Part shown: positions 9,389 through 20,384 of the stretch, piece by piece
Layout: each line of letters starts with the position of its first letter
Numbering within the stretch: the stretch's first letter is position 1
Assembly (NCBI GenBank): GCA_963785235.1
Contig: CAWAUM010000003.1
Coordinates: 192,001 to 256,000 of the forward strand
Length of the DNA stretch: 64,000 bases
From: an uncultured delta proteobacterium
Lineage (GTDB): Bacteria > Desulfobacterota > Desulfomonilia > UBA1062
Reading direction: 5' to 3'
Notes under the pieces: generated by a model
Told to the model about the DNA's origin: nothing
Database searches by the model: none
The model's input: only the letters and a program-made list of their open reading frames with translations
Made by a program: the position numbers and the translations under genes

Positions 9389-10603
9389 TCAGCTCATTCC
9401 GAATATCATGGCAAAACGGCCTAACCCACCTTTGAACTCCTGGTTATAGCTTCTCAGATCAGGCGGATCTATAACTACCTTGCCGAGATATTCCAGGCAC
9501 TGGGAGGTCTTGCACTTGGGGTTCACAATTGTGAACGGCTTTCTCTGGGACTCTGCGGCACGGATAGTATCCTTGTCATAGAGGACCCCGCCGAGGTACT
9601 CGGGCTTTACTGAAAAGAGGGTCTCCATATTGTTGATCCTCTCGTCTGCGGTCTGACATATCCTGTTAAAGATGAATATCCCCTGGTTGAGGTTTGTAAC
9701 CTGATTCATTACCACCCACGGCTTGTAGACCCTGCGCGGCTTATAAAACTCGACCTTTTCCATGAGTTTCTCTTCTATGGCCTTAAACTGCTGAAACGAG
9801 GCCTTGATGCACGCATAACCTGCAATAATGTCCTGCGGGGTCGTGATGATGAGGCTCTCGTCTGAAGCCATGGCAAAATCAAGTACCGTGGTAGTGATAC
9901 CTGCGCTTAAGTCGAAGATGGTGAAGTCATAATTTTCGCTGATCTTTCTGAAGCTCCTGATGAACTTGGATCGCTGGATGTAATTGATATTGGCAAGTTT
10001 GAACTCGCCGGAACTCCCTGCAATAAGGTCAAACCCCAGCGGGGTCTTTTCAATCATTTTTTCCAGATCCACATCACCCAAGAGAAAATCATAAAGGGTG
10101 TATTCGGGGAAAAGTGCCAGTTTGTTCGATATATCGGCATTGCCGAGGTCGGCATCGATGAGCAGCACCTTTTTTTTGAGACCACCCAGGACCTTTGCCA
10201 TGTTCATGGCAATATGGGTCTTCCCTACCCCTCCCTTATTGGAGATGATTGATATTGTCCGGCTCGTTCGAAGGGCATCCTTACCTTGAGCTTCCGCCAT
10301 GCCTTGCCCATCCGGATAATACATCTCTATGGCCTTCTTGATAGCCTCCACGTCCGCGAGCGCCGGGTAGACTTTCCTTCCCATGTGCGTGCTTAAGGTG
10401 CTGATCAGGTCCTTGTGATCAGGGTCTGCAATGGCAACCAGCACTCCGTCTCCAAGAAAACGTATGGGCAGGCTGGAATACTCCCTTGCAAATGCCTGCT
10501 TTAAAATCTTTAAGCATCTTGGATCAGGTGCCTCACGAGAGATGTCAATGAATGGCATGCCGCTCTTGTGTGCCAATGTCCTGATATCGGAATTCTTCAT
10601 CAT
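9389..10603 (-). CDS. MinD/FlhG-like ATPase fused to an N-terminal GspE/PilB N-terminal (T2SSE_N) domain
   Basis: N-terminus LAHKSGMPFIDI...LPIRF...VLVAIADP...AIKKAIEMYY resembles the PilB/GspE N1 domain. It is followed by deviant Walker A KGGVGKT, LIDADLG and DLSAG. Confidence 0.8.
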   Translation of the reverse strand: MMKNSDIRTLAHKSGMPFIDISREAPDPRCLKILKQAFAREYSSLPIRFLGDGVLVAIADPDHKDLISTLSTHMGRKVYPALADVEAIKKAIEMYYPDGQGMAEAQGKDALRTSRTISIISNKGGVGKTHIAMNMAKVLGGLKKKVLLIDADLGNADISNKLALFPEYTLYDFLLGDVDLEKMIEKTPLGFDLIAGSSGEFKLANINYIQRSKFIRSFRKISENYDFTIFDLSAGITTTVLDFAMASDESLIITTPQDIIAGYACIKASFQQFKAIEEKLMEKVEFYKPRRVYKPWVVMNQVTNLNQGIFIFNRICQTADERINNMETLFSVKPEYLGGVLYDKDTIRAAESQRKPFTIVNPKCKTSQCLEYLGKVVIDPPDLRSYNQEFKGGLGRFAMIFGMS

Positions 10604-10625
10604 ATGGGCCTCTTCCTCTTACTAG

Positions 10626-10653
10626 TCTTCGGAAAAAACCCAAAAAAGCTTTA
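10626..10653 (-). promoter_or_regulatory. Possible sigma28-like promoter for the FlhG-like gene
   Basis: Minus strand TAAA-N16-TCCGAAGA; the spacer contains homopolymers. Confidence 0.35.
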
Positions 10654-13222
10654 ATGATAATCGCCTTTCGTTATCATTTCCTGGAGATGGTGGAGAATAT
10701 TCAAGGATTGAAGAGGGGTAAGGGTATCCAGGTCAATCTTTAAAATCTCATGGATAATTGCTGCATTCTTGTCTTCAAAGAGGCTTGCCTGGACAGGTGC
10801 AGTCTGATGTGCCACCGGAAGTGTCTTTGCCTTTGAGGTTATGGCAGCAAGGATGCCTTTAGCCTTTTCCACCACCTCATCAGGGATACCGGCAAGTCTG
10901 GCCACGTAAATGCCATAGCTCCTGCCTACGGCCCCTCGCTTGAGGACCCTGAGGAACACCACCTCGCTGCCGCTCTCTTCAACACTGAGGTGGTAGTTCT
11001 TGATCCCCTTGTGCCTGCGGGAGAGGTCGGCAAGTTCGTGATAATGGGTGGCAAAAAAGGTTCTGACCCGGCGCTCATCAAGGTATTCTGCAACGGCCCA
11101 GGCGATGGACATGCCGTCATAGGTGGAGGTGCCTCTTCCGATCTCATCCAAGATCACCAGGCTTTTCGATGTGGCATTATTGAGGATGTCTGCAGTCTCG
11201 CTCATCTCAACAAAAAAGGTGCTCTGCCCGGCAGACAGGTTATCCAGCGCACCGATCCTGGTGAAGATGCGGTCCACCAGGCCTATGGATGCCTTTTTTG
11301 CCGGTACGAACGAGCCCATCTGGGCCATGAGACAGATAAGCGCCACCTGGCGCATGTAGGTGGACTTGCCCGCCATGTTGGGCCCGGTTATGACATGGAT
11401 GGTATCGCGCTCGGCATCAAAGGAGCACTCATTGGGCACGAACTCGCCCGACCTGAGAACCTTCTCCACTACAGGGTGTCTGCCTGCATGGATCTCAATG
11501 CGCCGGTCGTATCCGACCTGCGGCCTCACATACCCGTTCTGCACGGCGACCCAGGCAAGGCAGCCCAGCACGTCCAGACAGGCAAGGGAGCGGACCGTAC
11601 CTTGCAGCAATGGGATGAAGGGGATGACAGATTCCCTGAGCTCCTTGAAGATGCGCTGCTCAATAGCTGAAATGGCCTCCTGTGCTCCCAGAAGCCTGGC
11701 CTCGTATTCTTTCAGCTCAGGGGTAATGTACCGTTCGGCATTCACGAGCGTCTGTTTGCGGATGTACGAATCAGGGGCCTTTACGGCATTTGCCTTGGTG
11801 ATCTCTATGTAGTAGCCAAAGACCTTATTGTAGCCGATCTTCAGCGTGCTGATGCCCGTGGCCTCCCGCTCCTTGGCCTCCAGCGAAGCGATCCACTGCC
11901 TTGAGTCCTTCCGCAGCAGCCTCAACTCATCGAGTTCGCCGTCCACGCCATGGGCGATCACATTGCCGTCAGCCAGGCGTATGGGTGGTGTCTCCACAAG
12001 GGTATGTGCTATCTTTTCCTTGAGCTCCACAAGCGGGTCCATCCCCTGCCTGACCTCAAAAAGAAGTGCTTCCTCAAACCCATCCAGCAGGGCCTTGATC
12101 CGGGGTACCTGATCAAGCCCTTCGGCCAGCGAGCGCATGTCCCGTGGACTTGCAGACCCTGCTGAGATACGGCCGATAATCCTGCTCCATGTCCGGGATA
12201 TCACTGAGCACCTCGCGCATGGTGTTCAGCAATTGCCCCTGTGAAACAAGAGCCTCCACGGCTGAAAGCCTCTGGTTGATCTCACAGGCGTCCATGAGGG
12301 GAAAGGCCATCCAGTCAGCGAGCATACGCGCTCCCATGGAGGTGCCTGTACGGTTGAGCAGGGCAAAGAGCGTGTGCTCCTTCAGGCCTGAGATGGCATC
12401 GAACAGCTCCAGGTTGCGCTTGGTGGTGGGGCCGAGCATCATGAAGCGGCCCGGGTTATAGAGGTTGAGTGAGGTGATATTGGGCATCACAGCCTTATGT
12501 GTCTGCCTCACATATTCCAGCACCATGCCGGATGCCCTCAGGGCCAAAGGGGCATCCTTCAGGCCGAAGCCATCCATGGTGAGTGTGCCGAAATGGCTGC
12601 TCAGGAGCTGCCCTGCACGCTCAGGAGTTATAGGTTGATCAAAGGCGGTCAGGAGAAATCCTTGAGGGATAATGCTAGTATCAGTGGCAAGGATCTCGCT
12701 GGGGCCCACCCGGAAGACCTCGGAGACAAAGTCCTGTCGTGAAGAAATCTCAGTGGCCCTGAAGTCGCCTGTGGATATGTCAATGAAGGCGATACCGAAC
12801 GTATCTTGCCGCTGGCCTGCGCTTACGGCCATGAGGTAGTTGGCCTTGTCCCTGGTGAGATGATCGTCCTCCACAATCAGGCCCGGTGTTATGACGCGCA
12901 CAACCTCCCGATGCACCAGGCCCTTGGCTCCGGGTGCAGGCTCAGACTGCTCGCAGATGGCCACCTTGTGGCCCAGACGGATGAGCCGGGATATGTAGGA
13001 CGACGCGCTGTGATACGGCAGGCCGCACATGGGCACCGGATTTTCCCTGCCCTTGTCCCTGGTGGTCAGTGCAAGACCCAGGATCTTGGATGCCGTGACG
13101 GCATCATCGTAGAACATCTCATAGAAGTCCCCCATGCGGTAGAAGAGGATGGTGTCCCTGCAGTCCCGTTTGATGTCCAGGTACTGCTGCATCATGGGGG
13201 TGAGGCTGTTCTCACTCTTCAT
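10651..13222 (-). CDS. mutS: DNA mismatch repair protein MutS (single apparent frameshift near 12180)
   Basis: TPMMQQY..FYRMGDFYEMF N-terminus (ORF 12113..13222) joined to GPNMAGKSTYMRQ and DEIGRGTSTYDG (ORF 10651..12204). Confidence 0.95.
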
Positions 13223-13577
13223 GGATGGAGGCCTTTGAAGCCTTTTCTTCCTGATCCCGGTATTTGGCGAGGCAGGTGTGCTTGAAACGGCTGATAAACT
13301 TGGGGTGCTCCATGTAGGGCCTGTTGGTGTTCAGGAAGGACTCCTTCAAACCCGTCCTCACCCCTTGAAGGTCCCGTTCATGGACCGCAGATTTTTTGAT
13401 CACCCTGGTCATCTTCAGTTTGCCGCTGGGGCAATAGTGCCGGAGTTCGGTATCTTGTGCGCCCAGGTCCACCACCGTATCAAATTCCAGGTGGACCATG
13501 TACAGGTCGCCCGAAAGAACAGAGGTTTTGTCAAAGACCTCCACTACAATCCCGTTGCTGAATACGAATGTCTCCAT
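13212..13577 (-). CDS. Hypothetical protein upstream of mutS
   Basis: Clean ORF overlapping the mutS start, consistent with translational coupling. Confidence 0.6.
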   Translation of the reverse strand: METFVFSNGIVVEVFDKTSVLSGDLYMVHLEFDTVVDLGAQDTELRHYCPSGKLKMTRVIKKSAVHERDLQGVRTGLKESFLNTNRPYMEHPKFISRFKHTCLAKYRDQEEKASKASIHEE

Positions 13578-13647
13578 AACGAACACCGTTAATACGCGAA
13601 GGAATGAAAATCAAGAAGGAGCTCGCAGGAAAATGGAAAAGATCGCA

Positions 13648-14430
13648 CTAGAACAGCGGCATGACCGACTTCATGAACACCCAGGCCTTTTCCATGGAAA
13701 CCTCCATGAACGCAGGCATCATCTTTATGATAAGCGTGGCGAATATGAGCCCAACGCCGATAGTGAGCGGGAATGCTACTATGAATATATTCATCTGGGG
13801 CAGTGCCCTGGTGATTACGCCAAGGGCGATGTTGACGAGCAGGAGTATGCCTATCACAGGTGCGGCCACCTTGATCCCGATGACAAACATCTGTCCTGCA
13901 TAGGTAATCACTGCCATCAGGAATTCCCGGTGGACCATACTCTCCCCTATGGGAATCACCTGGAAGCTTTGCACCATACCCTTGATAAGCATATAGTGAC
14001 CGCCCAAGGTAAAGAACAGCAGGAATGCAGTGATATACAGAACATTCGATATGATGGGGGCGCTGATCCCGCTCATGGGGTCAACCACATTCGCAATGGA
14101 GAAGCCCATCTGGAAGCCGATGAGCTCACCGGCGATCTGGATGCCTGCATAGATCACATCAATGGCCAGGCCTATGGCCACCCCTATGAGTACCTGTTGC
14201 AACACGATACTCACGAACATCAGGATGTTCAACTGTTCCGGCTTCACCTGTACCGGCGGTACAACGGGCAGGAGAACAAGACTTAAAAAAAAGGCAATAG
14301 TTGTTGTCACCCGCCTGGGGATGATCTCGGCATTGAAAAAAGGGACAAGGGCAAAGATGGTCCCGATACGGATAAAGATGAAGAACAGGGATAAAAAATC
14401 GCTCCGGGCGAGGTTGAACAGCTCATTCAT
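13648..14430 (-). CDS. fliR: Flagellar export protein FliR
   Basis: AGELIGFQMGFSIANVVDP and RALPQMNIF motifs; position in the fli operon. Confidence 0.95.
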   Translation of the reverse strand: MNELFNLARSDFLSLFFIFIRIGTIFALVPFFNAEIIPRRVTTTIAFFLSLVLLPVVPPVQVKPEQLNILMFVSIVLQQVLIGVAIGLAIDVIYAGIQIAGELIGFQMGFSIANVVDPMSGISAPIISNVLYITAFLLFFTLGGHYMLIKGMVQSFQVIPIGESMVHREFLMAVITYAGQMFVIGIKVAAPVIGILLLVNIALGVITRALPQMNIFIVAFPLTIGVGLIFATLIIKMMPAFMEVSMEKAWVFMKSVMPLF

Positions 14431-14696
14431 CGTGCAAGCATGGGGATAGAGTTAAAGAGATTGATGGTGTATGTCGTAAGCTTCTCGATGACCCAGGGCA
14501 GGGTAAAAAGAAGTGCCATGAATACGGCAACGATCTTGGGCACAAAGGTGAGCGTCATCTCCTGGATCTGGGTGACGGCAGAGAAGACACTGATGGCAAG
14601 ACCCACCAGCAGGCCTATGATGAGCATGGGTGCCGACACGAGGAGAGTTATCTTGATGGCCTCGGCCATCATGGTTGTTACGGTTTCCGGCGTCAT
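14427..14696 (-). CDS. fliQ: Flagellar export protein FliQ
   Basis: TQIQEMTLTFVPKI motif. Confidence 0.95.
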   Translation of the reverse strand: MTPETVTTMMAEAIKITLLVSAPMLIIGLLVGLAISVFSAVTQIQEMTLTFVPKIVAVFMALLFTLPWVIEKLTTYTINLFNSIPMLAR

Positions 14697-15453
14697 CCTA
14701 CAAACCCCTTGATGAGAGACCCTATGAGCAGGTTCCATCCATCCACAAGCACAAACAGCATGATCTTGAACGGCAATGAAATCATGACAGGCGGCAGCAT
14801 CATCATTCCCATGGACAACAGGATGGAGGAGACCACCATATCGATAATGAGGAAGGGTATGAACAGGACGAACCCGATCTGGAAGGAGGTCTTGAGTTCG
14901 CTTATCATGAATGCCGGGATCAATGCCCTGGTGGGCACTTCTTCCTTATTTTTGGGCTTGTCTTTCGTGATGAGACTCATGAAGAGCGACAGGTCGTTTT
15001 GCCTGGTCTGTTTGAACATGAATTCACGAAACGGCCCTTCTGCATTTTTTATTGCCTGGGCAAAGGTGATGTTTCCGTTCTTATAGGGGACAAGTGCCAG
15101 ATCATTGACCTTATCCAGGGTCGGGGACATGATAAAAAACGTCAAAAAAATGGCGAGCGCTGTAAGAACCTGCATGGGCGGCATCTGCTGTGTGCCCAGG
15201 GCCTGTCTGAGAAATCCCAGCACAACAACGATCCGGGTGAAGGCCGTCACCATGATCATAATGGAAGGGGCCAGCGCCAGGATCGTCAGGATAAACAGGA
15301 TCTGTATGGCGCCAACCACCTCTTCAGGGTTGGAGGCCTGCTTCACCCCGAGGTTCAGGCTGGGGATTGTCACGCCTTCGGCGGCATAGAGAAATGCCGG
15401 GAAGAAGAACAAGGCGCCAAGAGTGCAAACAAGGTGATGCGCTTTAGTTTCAT
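14693..15453 (-). CDS. fliP: Flagellar export protein FliP (apparent indel in the signal peptide region)
   Basis: FTRIVVVLGFLRQALGTQQMPP and GMMMLPPVMISLPFK motifs; ATG 15453 overlaps the fliO stop. Confidence 0.95.
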
Positions 15454-15827
15454 TGGGGTGCCCCCGTCTGCCCTGTTGCCTGTGATAAGGACTTTTCGAA
15501 GTCGCCTTCATCCATGTCCTTGAGCAGGCTTACCGTATTGGCAGTGACACCGATCAACAGGATCGACTTGCCCACCCTGATGAGCGCGAGATTCACCCTT
15601 GCGCCAAGGCTCACCTGGCCAAGTATGTCCAGTCCGAAGGACTTTTTCACCTTCGCCATGGGCCCATAGCGCTTTAAGGCCCATGCAAGGGCAAACAACA
15701 ATGCAATGACAAGCATGAGCGATAAAACAGCCCTCAAGCCAGTGGAGGCCATGCCCGACTCAGCCGCATGGAGAGGAAGGGAGAACAGGAGGAGGGCTGC
15801 GGCAAATGCAACGTTCACGAGGTTCAT
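15450..15827 (-). CDS. fliO: Flagellar biosynthesis protein FliO
   Basis: TM helix plus LIRVGKSILLIGVT; lies between fliN and fliP. Confidence 0.85.
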   Translation of the reverse strand: MNLVNVAFAAALLLFSLPLHAAESGMASTGLRAVLSLMLVIALLFALAWALKRYGPMAKVKKSFGLDILGQVSLGARVNLALIRVGKSILLIGVTANTVSLLKDMDEGDFEKSLSQATGQTGAPQ

Positions 15828-16315
15828 GCCAGCCTCTTCACCCGCTCTAAGGGGCTCACGATATCCGTGATCCTTATGCCGAACTTTTCGTTTACCACGA
15901 CGACTTCGCCCCTGGCGATGAGCTTGTTGTTTACCAGGATGTCCAGAGGTTCTCCGGCCATCCTGTTCAGCTCGATAACCGAGCCCTGGCCGATCTGCAG
16001 GAGATCGTTGATGAGCATCCTGGTCCTGCCCATCTCCACGGTAACCTCAAGCGGTATATCCAGGATGAAGTCGAACTCTTTTGCCGGTCCGGCATGCCTT
16101 CCCTCTTCGAGTTCAGTGAAGTTGACCTTCTTGGCGCCCTTATCAAAGGGCTTTCCCTCTTCTATTTCTGCGCCTGATTCAAGGGCCTTGGCCCAATCCT
16201 CGGCAAGCTTGTCCTGATCGGGACCCTTGTCTTTTATTTCATCACCGCCTCCGCTCATAAGCTTGTCAATATCGTTCTGGTCAAGCCCGCCACCTGTCTT
16301 GTCATTTATGTCCAT
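15824..16315 (-). CDS. fliN: Flagellar motor switch protein FliN
   Basis: ILDIPLEVTVEMG...GEVVVVNEKFGIRIT (SpoA domain). Confidence 0.95.
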   Translation of the reverse strand: MDINDKTGGGLDQNDIDKLMSGGGDEIKDKGPDQDKLAEDWAKALESGAEIEEGKPFDKGAKKVNFTELEEGRHAGPAKEFDFILDIPLEVTVEMGRTRMLINDLLQIGQGSVIELNRMAGEPLDILVNNKLIARGEVVVVNEKFGIRITDIVSPLERVKRLA

Positions 16316-16353
16316 TGCCTCCTCCTTAGATAGAGCTTTCTGTCGATGGTAGC

Positions 16354-17317
16354 TTAAATATCTATTGCGAGATTATCTTTTATCTTCCCGGGCCTGGCAT
16401 AGAACTTCGGCAGGTTCTGCACCTTCACCATCAGCGGGTCGTTTATATCCTTGTCCAGCACAATGACATTTCCGGGCTTGAGCGATGAGAGCTCCCTTGG
16501 TGATATCTGTGCCCTGCCAAGCTCAACGTCGATATCCACATATACCCCCAGAAGTTCAACCTTGAGCCGGTTGACCCATGCCCTGTCCACACTCATCTTC
16601 TCCTCGGAGTGGAAGGTTGCATAGAGTCTGTCCCGTATAGGCTCGATGAGCATGTAGGGCAGGCACACCATGATATTGCCTGTCATCTCGTCCATCTCCA
16701 GCTCGAACTGGGCCACCACGATTACATCCTCATTGGGGATGATACCTGCAAACTGGGGGTTCATCTCGGAGCGGACATAGGTTAATTCAAGTTCATAAAC
16801 CGGCTGCCAGGAACTGGCCAATTCCTTGATGGCCGCAGGTCACCACCTTGATGAGCATGCGCTGCTCGATGGCGGTAAACTCGCGGCCTTCCACCTTCAT
16901 GGTCCCTGCCCCTTTACCCCCGAAAAAGCTGTCAATGAGGCCGAATACGAGCTTGGCCTCAACAATGACCAGGGCATTTCCGCGCAGCGGCTCCACCCTG
17001 ATGACATGGATGCTCGACGGAACAGGCAACGACCGCATGAAGTTTCCGAACTTGATCGTATCAAGCGATACCGGCGTGATGTCCACCATCTTCCTGAGCA
17101 TGCTTGAGAGCGTATTCCGGAATAACCTGGCAAACCGGTCATGGATCGCGTCCAGCGAAGGCATACGGCCTCTGACGACCTTATCCTGCGCTGCAAAGTC
17201 AAAGCGGTCTATCTGGCCTTCATCCAGATAGGGTACGTCCATCTCGGTGGCGATATCTCCGCCTACAACCCCTTTTAATAGGGCATCAACCTCATCCTGG
17301 CTCAGGATCTGTCCCAT
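16354..17317 (-). CDS. fliM: Flagellar motor switch protein FliM (apparent frameshift near 16830; true end may be near 16326)
   Basis: LSQDEVDALL CheY-binding motif and EGREFTAIE; continues with RSEMNPQF and a C-terminal SpoA domain. Confidence 0.93.
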
Positions 17318-17326
17318 ACTACTTCC

Positions 17327-17875
17327 TCACTGGACTACGAATTCGGTAAAATACACCTGTGTTACCTGGCCGCCTGTGAGATACTTGTTCACTGCGGAAG
17401 CTATCTCCCGCTTGACCATCCTCTTTCCTGCCGTTGTGGATACATCGTCAAAGGTCTTGTTGGAGAGTATCATGAGGATCTCATCACGTATCTGGGGGAG
17501 TTTTTCCTGGATTTCACTCTCGGCTGCCGGATTATCCACCTCGAACTGCATCACGGCCTTGAGATATCTCTGGCCCTCGGCGTCTGCAAGATTGACGATG
17601 AAGGGGTCCAGCTGCTTCAGGTTCCCGGAGGCACCCTCCCCCTCCTTCCCGCCCTCTTTAGCTGCCTTTTCCTTGACCTGCTCCTTTTTCGTTTCCGTAC
17701 CGGGGTCTTCCTTGTCCGAGGACTTACCCTTGTGCCCGAAGAACACGAAATACCCGGCTGCCGCACCGCCCAGGACCAGAACAACAGCGAGCACGATAAT
17801 AATGAGCTTCATGGGCAGCTTTTTCTTTTCTGCCGGTGCCTGTTCTTTTTTCTCTTCCTTTTCCTCACCAGCCAT
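17327..17875 (-). CDS. fliL: Flagellar basal body-associated protein FliL
   Basis: TM helix, FIVNLAD..RYLK, IRDEI and VYFTEFVVQ motifs. Confidence 0.93.
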   Translation of the reverse strand: MAGEEKEEKKEQAPAEKKKLPMKLIIIVLAVVLVLGGAAAGYFVFFGHKGKSSDKEDPGTETKKEQVKEKAAKEGGKEGEGASGNLKQLDPFIVNLADAEGQRYLKAVMQFEVDNPAAESEIQEKLPQIRDEILMILSNKTFDDVSTTAGKRMVKREIASAVNKYLTGGQVTQVYFTEFVVQ

Positions 17876-17884
17876 GCGGTCCCC

Positions 17885-18605
17885 CTATAAACGGTCTTTT
17901 AAAAGGATGATCTCCACCCGTCTGTTTCTGTCCCTTCCACCTTGTGTTTCATTGGTGGCAACCGGCCTCTTGGACCCGTACCCGGCAACGCAGACCCTTT
18001 CGGGGCTCAAGCCCTGATTATAAACAAAAAAATCTGCTATGCTTATGGCCCTTGACAGCGACAGCCTCCAGTTCGACTGCTCATTGCCGAGGTTGTCCGT
18101 ATGCCCTTCGATTGCGATGGTCACATCTATGCCTCTGACGGCATCAGCGACTCCCTTGAGCATCGGTTCAGCGTCTTTTTTCAGCTCTTTTGAACCCTTA
18201 TCGAACACGACCCCGTCAGGCACGGCGATGGCAAAACCCCGGTTTGTCTCCTTCACATCGCCCATATCAATGCCCCGGCCCGGGATATTCACGATGTTCT
18301 GCTTTTTCAGCGAGATCATCAGGCTCCTCTTCAGGCTTTCGACATTGAGCGCCATGATATTGGGTGCGGTCTTCACCACGGGTTGTGCTATCTTCACCTC
18401 ATGCTCCTGGGGGAATTCGAGTGGTCCGTTCACTGCGCTGAAAAACCCGAAAGAATCTTTCAGAGCCTTGCTGTCCATGGATGACATGGCTATGATCATG
18501 ACAAAGAATGTCAACAGCAGGGTTACCAGATCCGAAAAGGTAACCATCCAGCCTAAACGGTCGGGAAGCTTTACATACGTGACATTTTTATCTTTTGTAG
18601 GCCAT
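17885..18605 (-). CDS. motB: Flagellar stator MotB/PomB (canonical copy; indel near the start)
   Basis: WMVTFSDLVTLLLTFF TM motif; OmpA-like EGHTDN..NWRLSLSRA..NRRVEI. Confidence 0.9.
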
Positions 18606-19395
18606 TACTGCTCTTCCAGCTCAAGGCTGAACCCTTTATAGAATATGGAACGCAGCCACTCGCCACGGGTCTGCTTGAGCCCCTTGAGGTCTATATCCTC
18701 CGGGACCTCGCCCACAATGGTGATCTCCACACGCCTGTTCATCCTCCGGCCTTCTTCCGTGCTGTTGGTTGCAATGGGCCTGCTTGCACCCATGCCATAT
18801 ACGGACATGCGACTTCCCGGGATTCCCCTGGCCTCCAGAGAGGAAAGCACGGCCAATGCCCTGGCGCCGGACAGCCCCCAGTTTGAATAATAAGGCGGTG
18901 TCTCCATGGGTATGGAATCCGTGTGCCCTGTGATAATAATCCTGTTGTCTCCTGGCGAAAGGACCTTGGCTATGGCTGTGAGCACTCCTTGAGAGTCCTT
19001 GCTGGGCACATCGGTCTGCCCGGCAAAAAGGATGGGTGACTTTATGGTGATGGTCGCCCCGAGCTTTCCACCTGTCACACTGATCCCGCTGATGATCCCT
19101 GTGCTTGCAAGGGAGTTCTGGATGCCTTTCAGATCCATCCGGCCATTTTCTATTGGCGGCCTCTGGGGCAGGATGTTTCTGGACTCATCGGACGAAAAGG
19201 GGCTACGGCCGCCTGTGTAGGACCCCGAAGCTGCCCGAGATGGAACCGATGGCCATCTTCATCCGTTTATTATCCAGGATACTCATGGAGCTCAACGCTA
19301 CAAAGAAGGTTAATATGATGAGAAAGAGCGAGTCCATATAAAACAATCGTATTGTTCCTGGCCGGCTCTACATAGACAATCTTCTTCCTGGCCAT
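18605..19395 (-). CDS. motB: Second MotB-like stator subunit (indel near 19335)
   Basis: ATG 19395 MARKKIVY.., TM segment xSLFLIILTFFVALSSMS, OmpA-like GHTDS..SNWGLSGARA..NRRVEI. Confidence 0.8.
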
Positions 19396-19397
19396 TG

Positions 19398-20177
19398 CTA
19401 TTCACCACGCATGCGATTCACCACCGGCTCTCTATATACCGGGGCGAGAAATGAATGAAGCTTGCGTTCCACTATCCTGGGGTTGTCACCCGCCGATATG
19501 GCCATGATACCCTCGATGATCATCCCCTTCTCCATGACCTCCTCCTTCGAGCGCATGGTGAGCTTGCCTGCCATGGGCAGGGCAATCAGGTTTGCCATGA
19601 GTGCCCCATAAAAGGTCGTGATAATGGCAACGGCCATGGAGGGCCCGATGGACGAGGGATCGGACATGGACTGGAGCATCTGGACCAACCCGATGAGTGT
19701 CCCCACCATGCCCATGGCCGGGGCGTACATCCCGATGGAGTTGAGGATATCCGCGCCCCTGATGTGCCGCTGCTCGATGTGTTCAATCTCGGTCTCCAAG
19801 ATCTCGCGGATTGCCTGGGGTTCAAGGCCATCGATAACGAGCTCCAGGCCCTTCTTGAAAAACGGGTCGCGGAGTTCTTCAGCCGCGCTCTCAAGGACCA
19901 GTATCCCTTCGCGGCGGGCCTGTGAGGCAAAGTCAACGAATAAGGGGATCAACATATGGATCTCGCGGCGCTGGTTGAAAAAGACATTCCTGATAACGCC
20001 GAAGACGCCCACTACATCCTTCAAGGGGTAATTGATGAAGATGATACCGAAGGTGCCTCCTATGGTGATCATCACACTCGGGACATCCACGAAGAGTGTC
20101 AGGGGGCTCCCGGAAATGATCCCCATAAAGACCATGCTGAAAGCCACCAACACACCTATAATCGTTGCAAAATCCAT
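19398..20177 (-). CDS. motA: Flagellar stator MotA/PomA
   Basis: ARREGILVLE, APAMGMVGTLIGLVQML, MAVAIITTFYG and GDNPR motifs. Confidence 0.95.
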   Translation of the reverse strand: MDFATIIGVLVAFSMVFMGIISGSPLTLFVDVPSVMITIGGTFGIIFINYPLKDVVGVFGVIRNVFFNQRREIHMLIPLFVDFASQARREGILVLESAAEELRDPFFKKGLELVIDGLEPQAIREILETEIEHIEQRHIRGADILNSIGMYAPAMGMVGTLIGLVQMLQSMSDPSSIGPSMAVAIITTFYGALMANLIALPMAGKLTMRSKEEVMEKGMIIEGIMAISAGDNPRIVERKLHSFLAPVYREPVVNRMRGE

Positions 20178-20221
20178 ACGAACCCCTTACTGCGTGCAAT
20201 CTGGAATACTGCCACCAGGAA

Positions 20222-20237
20222 AGCAAGGGGTGTGCCA
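20222..20237 (-). promoter_or_regulatory. Sigma54 (-24/-12) promoter of the motA-fliR operon
   Basis: Minus strand TGGCAC-ACCCC-TTGCT, an exact consensus match, about 45 bp upstream of motA. Confidence 0.85.
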
Positions 20238-20332
20238 CAGGGTAAGATATGTTATATTCTGTTTTATTTCAATTGGTTATATAATTCGACTGAAAGAGAG
20301 ATCATTGATGAGTGGGTCAGATAATTGACGCC

Positions 20333-20369
20333 TTCGGATAGCCGGGGGTAAGAAGCCCGGCTACCCGAA
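20333..20369 (-). terminator. Hairpin downstream of flgE
   Basis: TTCGGATAGCCGGG...CCCGGCTACCCGAA near-perfect 14-bp stem, 15 bp after the flgE stop. Confidence 0.55.
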
Positions 20370-20384
20370 GGCCAGATTCATGTA

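Noticed and set aside
13498-18641. Long plus-strand ORFs (e.g. 13498..14286, 17247..18017) opposite the flagellar genes
   Set aside because: Antisense shadow ORFs of well-supported minus-strand genes.
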